From positions 1,280,001 to 1,344,000 of the forward strand of contig CAVYRF010000001.1 of NCBI GenBank assembly GCA_963770895.1: a stretch of 64,000 nt of DNA, read 5' to 3'. A program made the translations under genes and the position numbers. Of the stretch, positions 9,947-18,489 are shown one piece after another. Each line of letters opens with the position of its first letter. The stretch's first letter is position 1. The notes beneath the pieces are model-generated. The model saw only the letters and a program-made list of their open reading frames with translations, did not search any database and had not been told where the DNA came from. This stretch comes from an uncultured Acidobacteriota bacterium. GTDB taxonomy: Bacteria; Acidobacteriota; Thermoanaerobaculia; Multivoradales; UBA5704.

Positions 9947-10046
9947 GCCGCGCGTCTACTCCTTCGAGAGCCAACGATCAGGAGATAAGGTGTTCACGAT
10001 GGGTGTTTGGGGAAGGCCGGCGGTGCTCTGCGAACCCGCTCATCCT

Positions 10047-10075
10047 AACACGCCGCAACTCCGCGGCGGCGTGTT
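10047..10075. promoter_or_regulatory. 10-bp perfect inverted repeat upstream of the RND operon (terminator or operator)
   Basis: aacacgccgc-N9-gcggcgtgtt between the hydrolase stop and the RND start. Confidence 0.4.
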
Positions 10076-10107
10076 TTGGCAATTGGAACCCTTTGCTGTC
10101 TGGGGGG

Positions 10108-11025
10108 TTATAAAGCCGGGTGGATGTTCGCGATGTCCGCCGCCGGCGCGGCCTCCGCGGCCCCCGATCGGCTGCCTTCGGCGGCGGCGAACGTGGCCAG
10201 CGCGAGCGCCAGAATCCGCGCCCCCGCCAGCCGATACGCGCCCAGGTGATAAGCCGCCGGCACCACCAGGCAGCGGCCGCCGGCACGCCGTGCCAGGTCC
10301 GCGGTATCGGCGGCAAGCACGCCGGGGTCCTGCTCGCCGCTGACGTAGGCGACGGCGGCGGCGCCCAGGTGCGCGGCGTGGCGGCGCAGATCGAGAAAGC
10401 GATAGGCGCGCGGCAGCACGTGGCGTAGCGTCAGGTAGCCGGGGCGGCCGCGCGGCTCGGCCTTCCACGACCATTCGACCAGGTGCGGCGGCACGTCTTC
10501 GAAGACGGCGCCGGCGGCGAGGCGCATGCGGCTGAGCGCGAGCTGCACCCAGTAGCCGCCGCTGCTCACCCCCCACACGTGCAGCGGCAGCGCCGCGTCC
10601 AGGCGCTGGCGCAGGGCGCGCAGGCCCGCCGCCGCATCGCGATCGAGAAACCCCGCCGGCGGCGGCCCGCCGGGCAGGCCGGAAAAGTCGAGCGTCAGCA
10701 CGTGATAGCCGGCGGCGCGCAGGCTAGGCAGCCGCGACCCGCGGTGAAAGTACGCCTGGCCGACGCGCACCCACGGCGGCAGCAGCAGCACACCGCCGCG
10801 CGCCGGCGCGGTAGCCGGGTACCACGTGCCGGTCAGGATGCCGCCGCCCTCGTCGCGCGGCACCGGGACGTATTCCCAGGGTGCCAGCTCGGGCGCCGGC
10901 GGCAGGCCGGGCACGCGCTCAAGGCGCGGCGACAGAAACCGGAAGAGCCGGCTGGAGCAACGTTCCTCCCAGGCCGCGGGGCGGGGCGGTGCCCCCGAGC
11001 CACCGGCGGCGGATCCGAATCCCAT
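10108..11025 (-). CDS. Alpha/beta hydrolase fold protein
   Basis: GYHVLTLDF, nucleophile elbow WGVSSGG, GEQD and AYHL; start (MGFGS) inferred. Confidence 0.75.
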   Translation of the reverse strand: MGFGSAAGGSGAPPRPAAWEERCSSRLFRFLSPRLERVPGLPPAPELAPWEYVPVPRDEGGGILTGTWYPATAPARGGVLLLPPWVRVGQAYFHRGSRLPSLRAAGYHVLTLDFSGLPGGPPPAGFLDRDAAAGLRALRQRLDAALPLHVWGVSSGGYWVQLALSRMRLAAGAVFEDVPPHLVEWSWKAEPRGRPGYLTLRHVLPRAYRFLDLRRHAAHLGAAAVAYVSGEQDPGVLAADTADLARRAGGRCLVVPAAYHLGAYRLAGARILALALATFAAAEGSRSGAAEAAPAADIANIHPAL

Positions 11026-11072
11026 GGCGGTCGAGAGCGGGCGAGGCGAGACCGGTGGCGTACGGCGTACCG

Positions 11073-11624
11073 CTAGGCTGACGGCAGCGATGCCGCCACC
11101 AGCTCGCGCAGCAGCCGCTGGCCCTCGTGCCATTCGCCCAGGCCGGTGGCGGCGTTGATGTGGCCGGCGGCGCCGATCGCGGCGAAGCGGCTGCCCCAGG
11201 CGTCGGCGAACAGGCGGGCGCGGTCCGGGCTGACGAACGGGTCGTCGTCGCTCGCCACCACCAGGCTGGGAATCCGCAGCCGTTCGAGCGGCATCGGCTG
11301 GAAGCCGGTCGTGCCGGGCGGGAAGGATGGGGCGTCGACGTCGCTCGGCGCCACCAGGAAGGCGCAGCGCGCCGGCCGGTTGCTGCGGCGGCTCCAGTGC
11401 GCCACCGTGACGCAGCCCAGGCTGTGGGCGACCAGCACCGCGCCGTCGCCGACCTCCGCCACCGCCGCGTCGAGCGTCGCCACCCAATCGTCGCAGCGCG
11501 GGGAGCTCCAATCGGCCTGGACCAGCCGCCGGCAGTGCGGATCGAGGCCCTCCCACACGCTTTGCCAGTGGGTAGGGCCGGAGTCGTAGAGACCCGGAAT
11601 GAGTACGAGGGTGCAGGGCTGCAC
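11073..11624 (-). CDS. RBBP9/YdeN-family serine hydrolase
   Basis: IPGL..SG..HWQ, VAHSLGC, ASDDDPF, AGHIN..GLGEW; GGAGG RBS before GTG 11624. Confidence 0.92.
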   Translation of the reverse strand: MQPCTLVLIPGLYDSGPTHWQSVWEGLDPHCRRLVQADWSSPRCDDWVATLDAAVAEVGDGAVLVAHSLGCVTVAHWSRRSNRPARCAFLVAPSDVDAPSFPPGTTGFQPMPLERLRIPSLVVASDDDPFVSPDRARLFADAWGSRFAAIGAAGHINAATGLGEWHEGQRLLRELVAASLPSA

Positions 11625-11744
11625 GGTGGCCGCGTCCTCCCGAGGACGGTACCTATTGTTGCACGCCGCGTGCCGCGGCGCGACAGCCCGCCGCGCCCAT
11701 GGCACGACGCGGCGCAAGCGATGTCGCAATCGCGCCTTCACGGG

Positions 11745-11750
11745 TATAAT
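11745..11750 (+). promoter_or_regulatory. Candidate sigma70 -10 element for the CHAT gene
   Basis: Perfect TATAAT in a very GC-rich intergenic region; no clear -35. Confidence 0.4.
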
Positions 11751-11809
11751 CCGCCCTTCGATCGACTGTGGGTGTTGGCGTTGGGGGCTGTCCCGCGGCC
11801 TGGCTGCAG

Positions 11810-14800
11810 ATGCGTGGCCGCCGCGCCGAGGAGGAGGAATTGCTGCGGGAGCGCGCGCCAGGCATGGCGGCGGCCGTCTGCTGCCTTGTCGTGGCCCTTG
11901 CCCTTGCCGGCGCGGCGGCCGGGCGCGCGGCGTGCGGGCCGCGCGAGGAGCCGCCCAAGCCACCTGCGCCGGCGCCAGGCAGGGCGCTGCCGCGCGGCGA
12001 CGGCGCCCTGCACGGCCTGGCCGCCGGCGGCGACGACGTCTACGACGTCGACGTGCCGGCCGGCCAGGTGCTGTACGCCACCTTCAGACAGCTCGGCATC
12101 GACCTGTACGTCGACGTCTACGCTCCCGACGGGAAGCTGCTGTACACCGCCGACAACCTGCGCGGCGCCAAGGGCCTGGAGGAGGTGGTCGTGGTCGCCC
12201 CGCGGGCAGGCCGCTATCGCCTGGAGGTCAGGGCCTGCCTGGGGGTGCCCGGCGGACGGTACGTGGCGCGCCTTGCCGACCTGCGCCCGGCCAGCGCCGC
12301 CGACCGCCTGCGGGCCGCCGCCGAAAGCCTGATCGCGCAGGCGGTCGATTGGCCGCTCGCCCCGCGGACGCCGGCCAGGGACGCGGGCGCCGCCCTGCTG
12401 CGTGCCTGTGCGCTTTTCCATCAGGTCGGGGCGCGGCGCCGCGAGGCCGAAGGCTGGTACCGCCTGGGCAGGAAGCAGTTCGGCGCCCATGCCTATGCAG
12501 ACGCAATCGCGTCGTTCAACCAGGCAAATCCTCTCTACCGGGCGGTGGGCGACCGCGCCTTCGTCGCCAGCTCCTACAGCTGGATCGGCAGCTGCCACTA
12601 CGCGCTGGAGCAGCGGGAGCTGGCGCGCCGGTTCTACGCGTTGTCACTGGCGGAGTGGGCGACGCAGCCGCCCGGCGAAGGGCGCGCCAGGACGCTGGTC
12701 AGCCTGGGCAAGGTGCACGTCGACGCCGGCGAATGGACCGCGGCGCTGCGCTGCTACGCCGAGGCGATCGCCCTGCTGAGCCAGGTCGCGTCGCCCGACC
12801 GCGCCGAGGAGGCGCGGGCGAACACCCAGGTCAGCGCGATCTACCGCGCCCTCGGAGATTGGGACGATGCCCTGGCGGCGGCGCGTCGCGCCAGCACGTT
12901 GTGCGCCGCCGCTCCCTCCTGCCAGCAGGCCGCGGTGTGGAACGAGACGGCGCGGATCTACATCGACCTGGGCCAGCCCGGCGTCGCCGTCCCCTATTGC
13001 CTGCGCGCCCTGGAAACCGGGGACCCGGAGGAGCAGGCGGGCGCCCACACCGACCTGGGCGTCTGCTACCGCCGCCTGGGTTTCAGCGATCGCGCACTGG
13101 GGCAATACCTCACCGCGATCCAGATCTATCGACGGCTCCGCAAGAGACGCCTGGAAGCCATCGCCTGGCTCGATCTGGCGAGCCTTTTCCGCCGCACCGG
13201 ACAGCCGCGCAAAGCTGCCCACTGTTTCGCCAAGGCGCAGCAGCTGGCGCACGACACCACCAGCCGTCGCACCGAGGGGTTGGCCATGCTCGGCGCCGGT
13301 CTCGCCGCCCGCGACCTGGGCAACCTGCAGGAAGCCCTGGCCCACGGCAAGGAGGCGCTGCCCAACGTCGAGGCGCTGCGCGGCGGCGTGCAGCGGTCCG
13401 ACCTGCGCGATACCTTCCAGGCGCGCAGCGGCGACGCCTATGACTTTCTGATCGGCGTGCTCATGCAGCTGCACCTGACGGATCCCGGCCGCCGTTACGA
13501 CGTGCAGGCGCTGCAATATTGTGAGCAGTCGCGCAGCCGCACCCTGCTCGACCTGCTGTCCGTGCGGCAGGCGCCGGCCGCGGCGACGGCCCCCGATGCG
13601 GCGACGCTGGCGGCGTTCCAGAGCGTGGCGGCGGCGATCGCGGACAGCGACCGCGAGCTGCAGACGCCGGCGGCGTCGCCGGCGCGCCGCCGCTTCCTCA
13701 AGGAGCGGCTCGACGACCTGCTGGGAGAGGCCGCGGTCCTGGCGTTGCGTCTGCACGGCGCCACGGCTTCGCTGCCGTCGACGCCACCCTCCCCGCGATC
13801 GATCACCGATCTGCAGCACGGCCTGATCGATGCCGGCACCTTGCTGCTCGAATATCACGTGGGCGCGACGAAAAGCTTTCTGTGGGTGGTGAGCGATCGT
13901 GCGGTCAGCAGTTTCGAGCTGCCGGGACGCGACCGATTGGAGCCGCTGGCGCGCGCCGCGTACGGCCAGCTGGCGGGGGCGCGGCCGGCGACCGACATGG
14001 AGCGCGGCGAAGACCCGGTGGCACGTCTCAGCCAGATCCTGTTGGGGCAGGTCGCCGGCCGTCTGGGCAGCCAGCGCCTGGTCGTGGTCGCCGACGGCGT
14101 GCTGCAGTACATCCCTTTCGCGGCGCTGCCGGACCCCGACCCCCGCGGCGGCGGGCAGCTGCTGGTGGTCGAGCACGAGATCGATTACGCACCGTCGCTG
14201 GCGGTCGTGGCCGCGCTGCGGCGCGCGCCGCCGCCGCCGCTATCCACGGCTGCGGCCGCGGCCGCAGGGCCCGCCGGCACCGCGGGCTCAACGTCGAAGT
14301 CGATCGCGGTCGTCGCCGACCCGGTCTTCGCACCCGACGATCCGCGGCTGCGCCTCAAGGTGCCGCGCCAGACGCTGGCGGCGCTCGATCCGCGCCTCAC
14401 GATCCTGCAGCGCCTGCCGCGCACCCGTGACGAAGCCGGCGTGATCGCCTCCCTTGCCGGGCCGCGCCAGGTCTTCGCGGCGCTCGATTTCGACGCCAAC
14501 GCCAAGCTGGTGACCGGCGGCGGCCTGGCCGGCTGCCGCATCCTCCATGTCGCGACGCACGGCATCCTCCGTACCGACAAGCCAGGCCTGTCGGCGCTCG
14601 CCTTGTCCCAGCTCGACATGCAGGGACAGCCGCTGGACGGCTTCCTGTATGCCTTTCAGGTCGCCGCCTGCGACCTGCCCGCCGACCTGGTGGTGCTCAG
14701 CGGTTGTAAGACGGCCCTGGGCAAGGAGCTGGGCGGCGAGATGGTCGGCCTGCCGCGCGGTTTCCTCTGCGCCGGCGCCCGGCGGGTGCTGGTCAGCCTG

Positions 14801-14980
14801 TGGGACCTGGGCGACAGCTCCGCCGCCGAGCTGATGGGCGATTTCTATCGCGGCCTGCTCCGCGACCACCTGGCGCCGGGGGCGGCCCTGCACCGGGCGC
14901 AACTGGCGATGTTGCGGCGCGAGCCGTGGCGGCCGCCCTTTCGCTGGGCCTCTTTCCTGCTCGAAGGCGACTGGCGCTGA
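11810..14980 (+). CDS. Exported PPC-like/TPR/CHAT-domain protease
   Basis: Hydrophobic signal ending ..GRAAC, beta domain (DVYDVDVPAGQ..GIDLYVDVYAPDG), several TPRs, CHAT motifs DGVLQYIPFAAL, LHVATHG (His), LVVLSGCKT (Cys), VLVSLW, WASF. Start uncertain (11810, 11843 or 11864). Confidence 0.92.
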   Translation: MRGRRAEEEELLRERAPGMAAAVCCLVVALALAGAAAGRAACGPREEPPKPPAPAPGRALPRGDGALHGLAAGGDDVYDVDVPAGQVLYATFRQLGIDLYVDVYAPDGKLLYTADNLRGAKGLEEVVVVAPRAGRYRLEVRACLGVPGGRYVARLADLRPASAADRLRAAAESLIAQAVDWPLAPRTPARDAGAALLRACALFHQVGARRREAEGWYRLGRKQFGAHAYADAIASFNQANPLYRAVGDRAFVASSYSWIGSCHYALEQRELARRFYALSLAEWATQPPGEGRARTLVSLGKVHVDAGEWTAALRCYAEAIALLSQVASPDRAEEARANTQVSAIYRALGDWDDALAAARRASTLCAAAPSCQQAAVWNETARIYIDLGQPGVAVPYCLRALETGDPEEQAGAHTDLGVCYRRLGFSDRALGQYLTAIQIYRRLRKRRLEAIAWLDLASLFRRTGQPRKAAHCFAKAQQLAHDTTSRRTEGLAMLGAGLAARDLGNLQEALAHGKEALPNVEALRGGVQRSDLRDTFQARSGDAYDFLIGVLMQLHLTDPGRRYDVQALQYCEQSRSRTLLDLLSVRQAPAAATAPDAATLAAFQSVAAAIADSDRELQTPAASPARRRFLKERLDDLLGEAAVLALRLHGATASLPSTPPSPRSITDLQHGLIDAGTLLLEYHVGATKSFLWVVSDRAVSSFELPGRDRLEPLARAAYGQLAGARPATDMERGEDPVARLSQILLGQVAGRLGSQRLVVVADGVLQYIPFAALPDPDPRGGGQLLVVEHEIDYAPSLAVVAALRRAPPPPLSTAAAAAAGPAGTAGSTSKSIAVVADPVFAPDDPRLRLKVPRQTLAALDPRLTILQRLPRTRDEAGVIASLAGPRQVFAALDFDANAKLVTGGGLAGCRILHVATHGILRTDKPGLSALALSQLDMQGQPLDGFLYAFQVAACDLPADLVVLSGCKTALGKELGGEMVGLPRGFLCAGARRVLVSLWDLGDSSAAELMGDFYRGLLRDHLAPGAALHRAQLAMLRREPWRPPFRWASFLLEGDWR

Positions 14981-15052
14981 CCCGGCGCCCGGCCTGACCG
15001 CGCGGCCGCCAGCCTGATCGCGCGGTTGCCCCTCCCTGCCCGCCGGCGCGGC

Positions 15053-15078
15053 TAAACAAACCCCTGGCGCGCGTGTCT
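15053..15078 (+). promoter_or_regulatory. ECF-type promoter TAAAC-N15-GTGTCT upstream of the peptide gene
   Basis: ctaaacaaa...gtgtct; a near-identical motif occurs at 17446-17472. Confidence 0.6.
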
Positions 15079-15186
15079 CAGCCTGGCGTTACCGGCGCAG
15101 GAGACGGCCTGGCAACCGGCGGTTCCGCAGGCAGGCGACGGAACCGATTCCTGCGCATTATCAACCCACTCTGAGAGGAGGGAGTC

Positions 15187-15354
15187 ATGTCCAAGAAGGT
15201 GGAGCAGAAGCCTGAGGCACCGGCGCGCCAGGACGGCGAGGACGTGAACCGCAAGGTCCTGACTGTACCGGCAGGCGTCAGGGGCAGCGACACCGGTCCC
15301 AATGGCTCTCCAGGGACGGATCCCAGCGAAGATCCGCCGTCGCGGGGCATGTGA
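15187..15354 (+). CDS. 55-aa small peptide (below the ORF-track cutoff)
   Basis: GAGAGGAGGGAG RBS; MSKKVEQKPEAPARQDGEDVNRKVLTVPAGVRGSDTGPNGSPGTDPSEDPPSRGM*. Confidence 0.75.
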   Translation: MSKKVEQKPEAPARQDGEDVNRKVLTVPAGVRGSDTGPNGSPGTDPSEDPPSRGM

Positions 15355-15415
15355 GGTCCGCGGCGCACCCACGCGTTGCTGATCGGGCAGGACGACAAGG
15401 CAGGTAACGGCGGCG

Positions 15416-15952
15416 ATGGCGGCGATGGTGGCGAGAGTGACGGCAGCCTTGGTGCGGGGGCGGGGGGAAAGGTTGTCGGAGTGCTCCCATCGCCGCCGCG
15501 CCGCGGTCGCCTGCCTTGTCCGGGCCGTGGTGGTCGCGGTGGCGCTCTTCGCCCTGTCGAGCGGGTCCCTGGGCTGCGGCCGCGCCAGGAGGGGATCGTC
15601 GTTCGACCAGATCCGCAAGCTGGTGGTGGGCACGACCGAGGCCGAGGTGGAGACGCGCCTGGGGGCGCCCAACCAGTGCCGGCCATGGCTGGACGACAGC
15701 CAGGTGTGTGTCTGGCAGGCCTGCACGTTTCTGGATGGCCCGCAATACCCTGCCGCGATGCAGCACCAGGTGGTAAACCTGGCGATCACCTTCAAGCGCC
15801 CACCCGCGACCGCCGCCGGACCGCCGCCGTCGCTCGCGGTGTGGCGGGTGGCCGACCCGTTCGCGGTCAACTATTCGCTGCTGCCGGTCAGCGAATCCGC
15901 CGTCCCCGCCCCCGGCGGCCTGGGCGGCGACTTTGCCGCAGTGCTGCCCTGA
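15416..15952 (+). CDS. Putative lipoprotein with a SmpA/BamE-like start
   Basis: Hydrophobic stretch then SLGC lipobox; FDQIRKLVVGTTEAEVETRLGAP resembles the SmpA/OmlA motif. Start uncertain. Confidence 0.6.
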   Translation: MAAMVARVTAALVRGRGERLSECSHRRRAAVACLVRAVVVAVALFALSSGSLGCGRARRGSSFDQIRKLVVGTTEAEVETRLGAPNQCRPWLDDSQVCVWQACTFLDGPQYPAAMQHQVVNLAITFKRPPATAAGPPPSLAVWRVADPFAVNYSLLPVSESAVPAPGGLGGDFAAVLP

Positions 15953-15974
15953 TCCTTGCGGCCCGCGGCCGCCT

Positions 15975-16790
15975 TCAGGGCTCGACGACTTGCAGCGGAT
16001 ATTCGCCGAGCGGTTCCGCCGCCGGCCCTGGCTCGGGACCGACGACCCGCAGCTGATAGGCACCCGGAGCCAGCTGGCGGCGGTTGAGGACCACCACCGC
16101 GACGCTTGCCTCGACCGCCGCGAAGTTGGCCTCCAGCGGGCGCCACGCGCGGTCGGCGGCCGGGTTGACGCTGTCGGCGCGCACCTGCAGGTGGATGCGG
16201 ACGTCCGGCACCTGTTGCGCCAGGTGCAGGATCAGGGTGGTGGTGACGGCGTCGGCGTGCACGATCGTCGCCGGCGGCGCTTCCGGACCGCGCAGGACCT
16301 GAGGCGGGTCCAGCTGGAGGAGATCTGCCTGCCGCGCGGCGGGTGGGCGGCCGAGCCTTGTCAGCCAGCCGGCCGCCGCCAGGATGGTCATCACGATCAG
16401 CGCCGCAGCCAGGTAGGGCACCAGCCCCAGCCGTGACGGACGCGCGCCGGGGAATCGCGCCACGGCCCGGCGGCCGGCTGGCGGGCCGCCGGCGGCGGGC
16501 GTGGCGGGCGCGGCGGGTACCCCCGGCGTCGCCGGGGCAGCGGGTGCCGCCGCTGCATCCTCCGGCGCCGCCAGAAAGCTGTCCAGGTCGAGCAGCAGGT
16601 GCGCGCAGTGGGGGCAGACCGCAAGATGATCCTGCAGCGCATCGGCGTCGTCGGCGGACAGCTCTCCCGCGTGATAGGCGATCAGCGCTTCGGGTTGCGC
16701 ATGGCGCTCGGCCCCCTGGCGCCGACGCTCTTCGGTCACCAGCCTGGCGAGCGTCGCCCGCACCTCGGAGTCTTTGTCCTGGTCGTTCAT
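15975..16790 (-). CDS. zf-HC2 membrane anti-sigma factor
   Basis: H...LIAYHAGEL...HLAVCPHC (HxxxCxxC), one TM helix, beta-rich C-domain; ATGA-coupled to the sigma gene. Confidence 0.88.
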   Translation of the reverse strand: MNDQDKDSEVRATLARLVTEERRRQGAERHAQPEALIAYHAGELSADDADALQDHLAVCPHCAHLLLDLDSFLAAPEDAAAAPAAPATPGVPAAPATPAAGGPPAGRRAVARFPGARPSRLGLVPYLAAALIVMTILAAAGWLTRLGRPPAARQADLLQLDPPQVLRGPEAPPATIVHADAVTTTLILHLAQQVPDVRIHLQVRADSVNPAADRAWRPLEANFAAVEASVAVVVLNRRQLAPGAYQLRVVGPEPGPAAEPLGEYPLQVVEP

Positions 16791-17440
16791 GCATCACCTT
16801 CCATCTCGCCTGGCCGCTCGCTCAGCGTCATCTTGAGCCGTTTCTGGGCTTGGTGCAGGTGCGCCTTCACCGTTTCGATCGAAATGAGCAATATTTTCGA
16901 TATTTCGCGATACTTGAGATCTTGCAGGCGCAGGGTCACGCAGCGGCGCATCTGCGGCGGCAGCTGGCCCAGGGCGGAGCGCAGGCTTGCGCTCCGCTCC
17001 CGGTCCAGGGCCCCCTCCAGCGGACTGGGATCGGCCGACGCCAGCCAGCCCCGCGCGCCGGCGCGATTGCCGTGCCCGTCGTCGGCCTGGTCGTCGATCG
17101 ATTCCTCGAAGGCGTCACGCTTGGCGGCACCGCGCCGGCGCAGTTCGTTGCGATAGATGTTGATCATCATTTCGAACAGCCAGCTCATGAATCGAGACGG
17201 GTCACGCAGCGTCCCGATATTGGAGAAGACCCGAATGAACGTGTCTTGGGTGAGCTCCGCCGCTTCGTCGGTGGAAAAACCGCGCTTCGTATAGAAGCCG
17301 CGCACGCGGTGGCGGAACATCCGGTCGAGCTCTTCGCAGCCGCCCTGGTAGTCGATTCCCGCCTGGATCTGCTCCACCAGCACGCGCCAACGGTCGGCGG
17401 GCGCCGGCGCGGTCGTGCTCTGGCTGCGGTCCTGGTTCAT
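16787..17440 (-). CDS. ECF RNA polymerase sigma factor
   Basis: Region 2 AAELTQDTFIRV..FMSWLF; region 4 LPPQMRRC..YREIS..ISIETVKAHLHQA. Confidence 0.93.
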   Translation of the reverse strand: MNQDRSQSTTAPAPADRWRVLVEQIQAGIDYQGGCEELDRMFRHRVRGFYTKRGFSTDEAAELTQDTFIRVFSNIGTLRDPSRFMSWLFEMMINIYRNELRRRGAAKRDAFEESIDDQADDGHGNRAGARGWLASADPSPLEGALDRERSASLRSALGQLPPQMRRCVTLRLQDLKYREISKILLISIETVKAHLHQAQKRLKMTLSERPGEMEGDA

Positions 17441-17445
17441 GGCTC

Positions 17446-17472
17446 TAAACAAAAGCCGGCACGCCGGTGTCT
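17446..17472 (+). promoter_or_regulatory. ECF-type promoter TAAAC-N16-GTGTCT upstream of the caspase gene
   Basis: ctaaacaaa...gtgtct in the 68-bp sigma/caspase divergent spacer; matches 15053-15078. Confidence 0.6.
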
Positions 17473-17508
17473 GGCAGGTTTGGCACCGTGGAAAGGAGTG
17501 TAGCGCAA

Positions 17509-18489
17509 ATGCCAGTCCAACCAACTTCAGGCGCCCGCCGCGCCCTGCTCATCGGCATCGATCGCTATGAAAACCTGCCGCCGGACAAACAGTTGACCGG
17601 CTGCGTCAACGACGCCGACGCTCTTGCCGGCCTGCTCACCGAGCGGTTCTGCTTTGCCGCCGGCAACGTCGAGCGCCTGCTCGACCGCGACGCGACGCGC
17701 GCCGGCATCCGCGCAGCGGTCGAGCGCCTGATCGAGCGCACCGCGGCCGGCGACGTGGTGGTGATCCATTACAGCGGCCACGGTTCGCAGAGCGTCGATC
17801 CCACCTCCCCTTCCGGCACGATCGAAACCATCGTGCCGTGCGACAGCGGCCGCAACGGCCACCCCAACCGCGATATTGCCGATCTCGAGGTCCGCCACTG
17901 GCTGCTGCGCCTGTGCGACCGCGGCAGTCATCTCACGCTGATCTTCGACAGCTGCCACTCCGGCCATATCCTGCGCGACGGCTTCGGCGCCCCCGAGCGC
18001 TGGGTGGCGCCGCACAGCCAGCCGGTGCAGCTGCCGCCGGAGGTGGTGGCTGCCCAGGGAGTGCCCGGCGCCAGTCGCGACGGGCGCGGCGGCGGTGACG
18101 GTGCCGGCGGGTTGCGGCTGCCGCTCGCCCAGTGCTACGTGCTGCTGGCGGCCTGCGCCAGCAAGGAGTCGGCTTTCGAAGTGGTCGGCCAGGATGCCGC
18201 CGGCGCGCGGCACGGCGCCTTCAGCTACTTTCTGTGCCAGGAGCTGGCGCAGGCCAGCGCGGTGACCACGTTCCGCGACGTCTTCGAGATCGTCGCGCCG
18301 CGGGTCAGCGCCCTCTACCCCAACCAGCATCCACAGCTGGAAGGGGCGCGCGACCAGCAGGTCTTCGGCCTCGATTCGTTCCCGCCGATGCTCGATGCGG
18401 CTGCTGCCCGGCTGAGCGCCGGCGCCATTCGACAGCCCGTGCGGCAGTCGGATAGCCTGCGGCCATGGCCTCGCGCTACAGCCGGGTGA
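17509..18489 (+). CDS. Caspase-family (peptidase C14) protein
   Basis: ALLIGIDRY, GCVNDA, HYSGHGS (His), DSCHSG (Cys), HGAFSYFL, QHPQLEG; AAAGGAG RBS. Confidence 0.93.
   Translation: MPVQPTSGARRALLIGIDRYENLPPDKQLTGCVNDADALAGLLTERFCFAAGNVERLLDRDATRAGIRAAVERLIERTAAGDVVVIHYSGHGSQSVDPTSPSGTIETIVPCDSGRNGHPNRDIADLEVRHWLLRLCDRGSHLTLIFDSCHSGHILRDGFGAPERWVAPHSQPVQLPPEVVAAQGVPGASRDGRGGGDGAGGLRLPLAQCYVLLAACASKESAFEVVGQDAAGARHGAFSYFLCQELAQASAVTTFRDVFEIVAPRVSALYPNQHPQLEGARDQQVFGLDSFPPMLDAAAARLSAGAIRQPVRQSDSLRPWPRATAG

Noticed and set aside
6042-9988. 419-aa and 1055-aa plus-strand ORFs opposite the RND and MFP genes
   Set aside because: Antisense shadows; the same applies to most Arg/Ala/Gly/Pro-rich ORFs in the track.
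11810-17440. Type III-E CRISPR (Craspase) locus suggested by TPR-CHAT plus ECF sigma
   Set aside because: No Cas7-11, array or recognisable Csx30/Csx31, and the CHAT protein appears exported; only an analogy.
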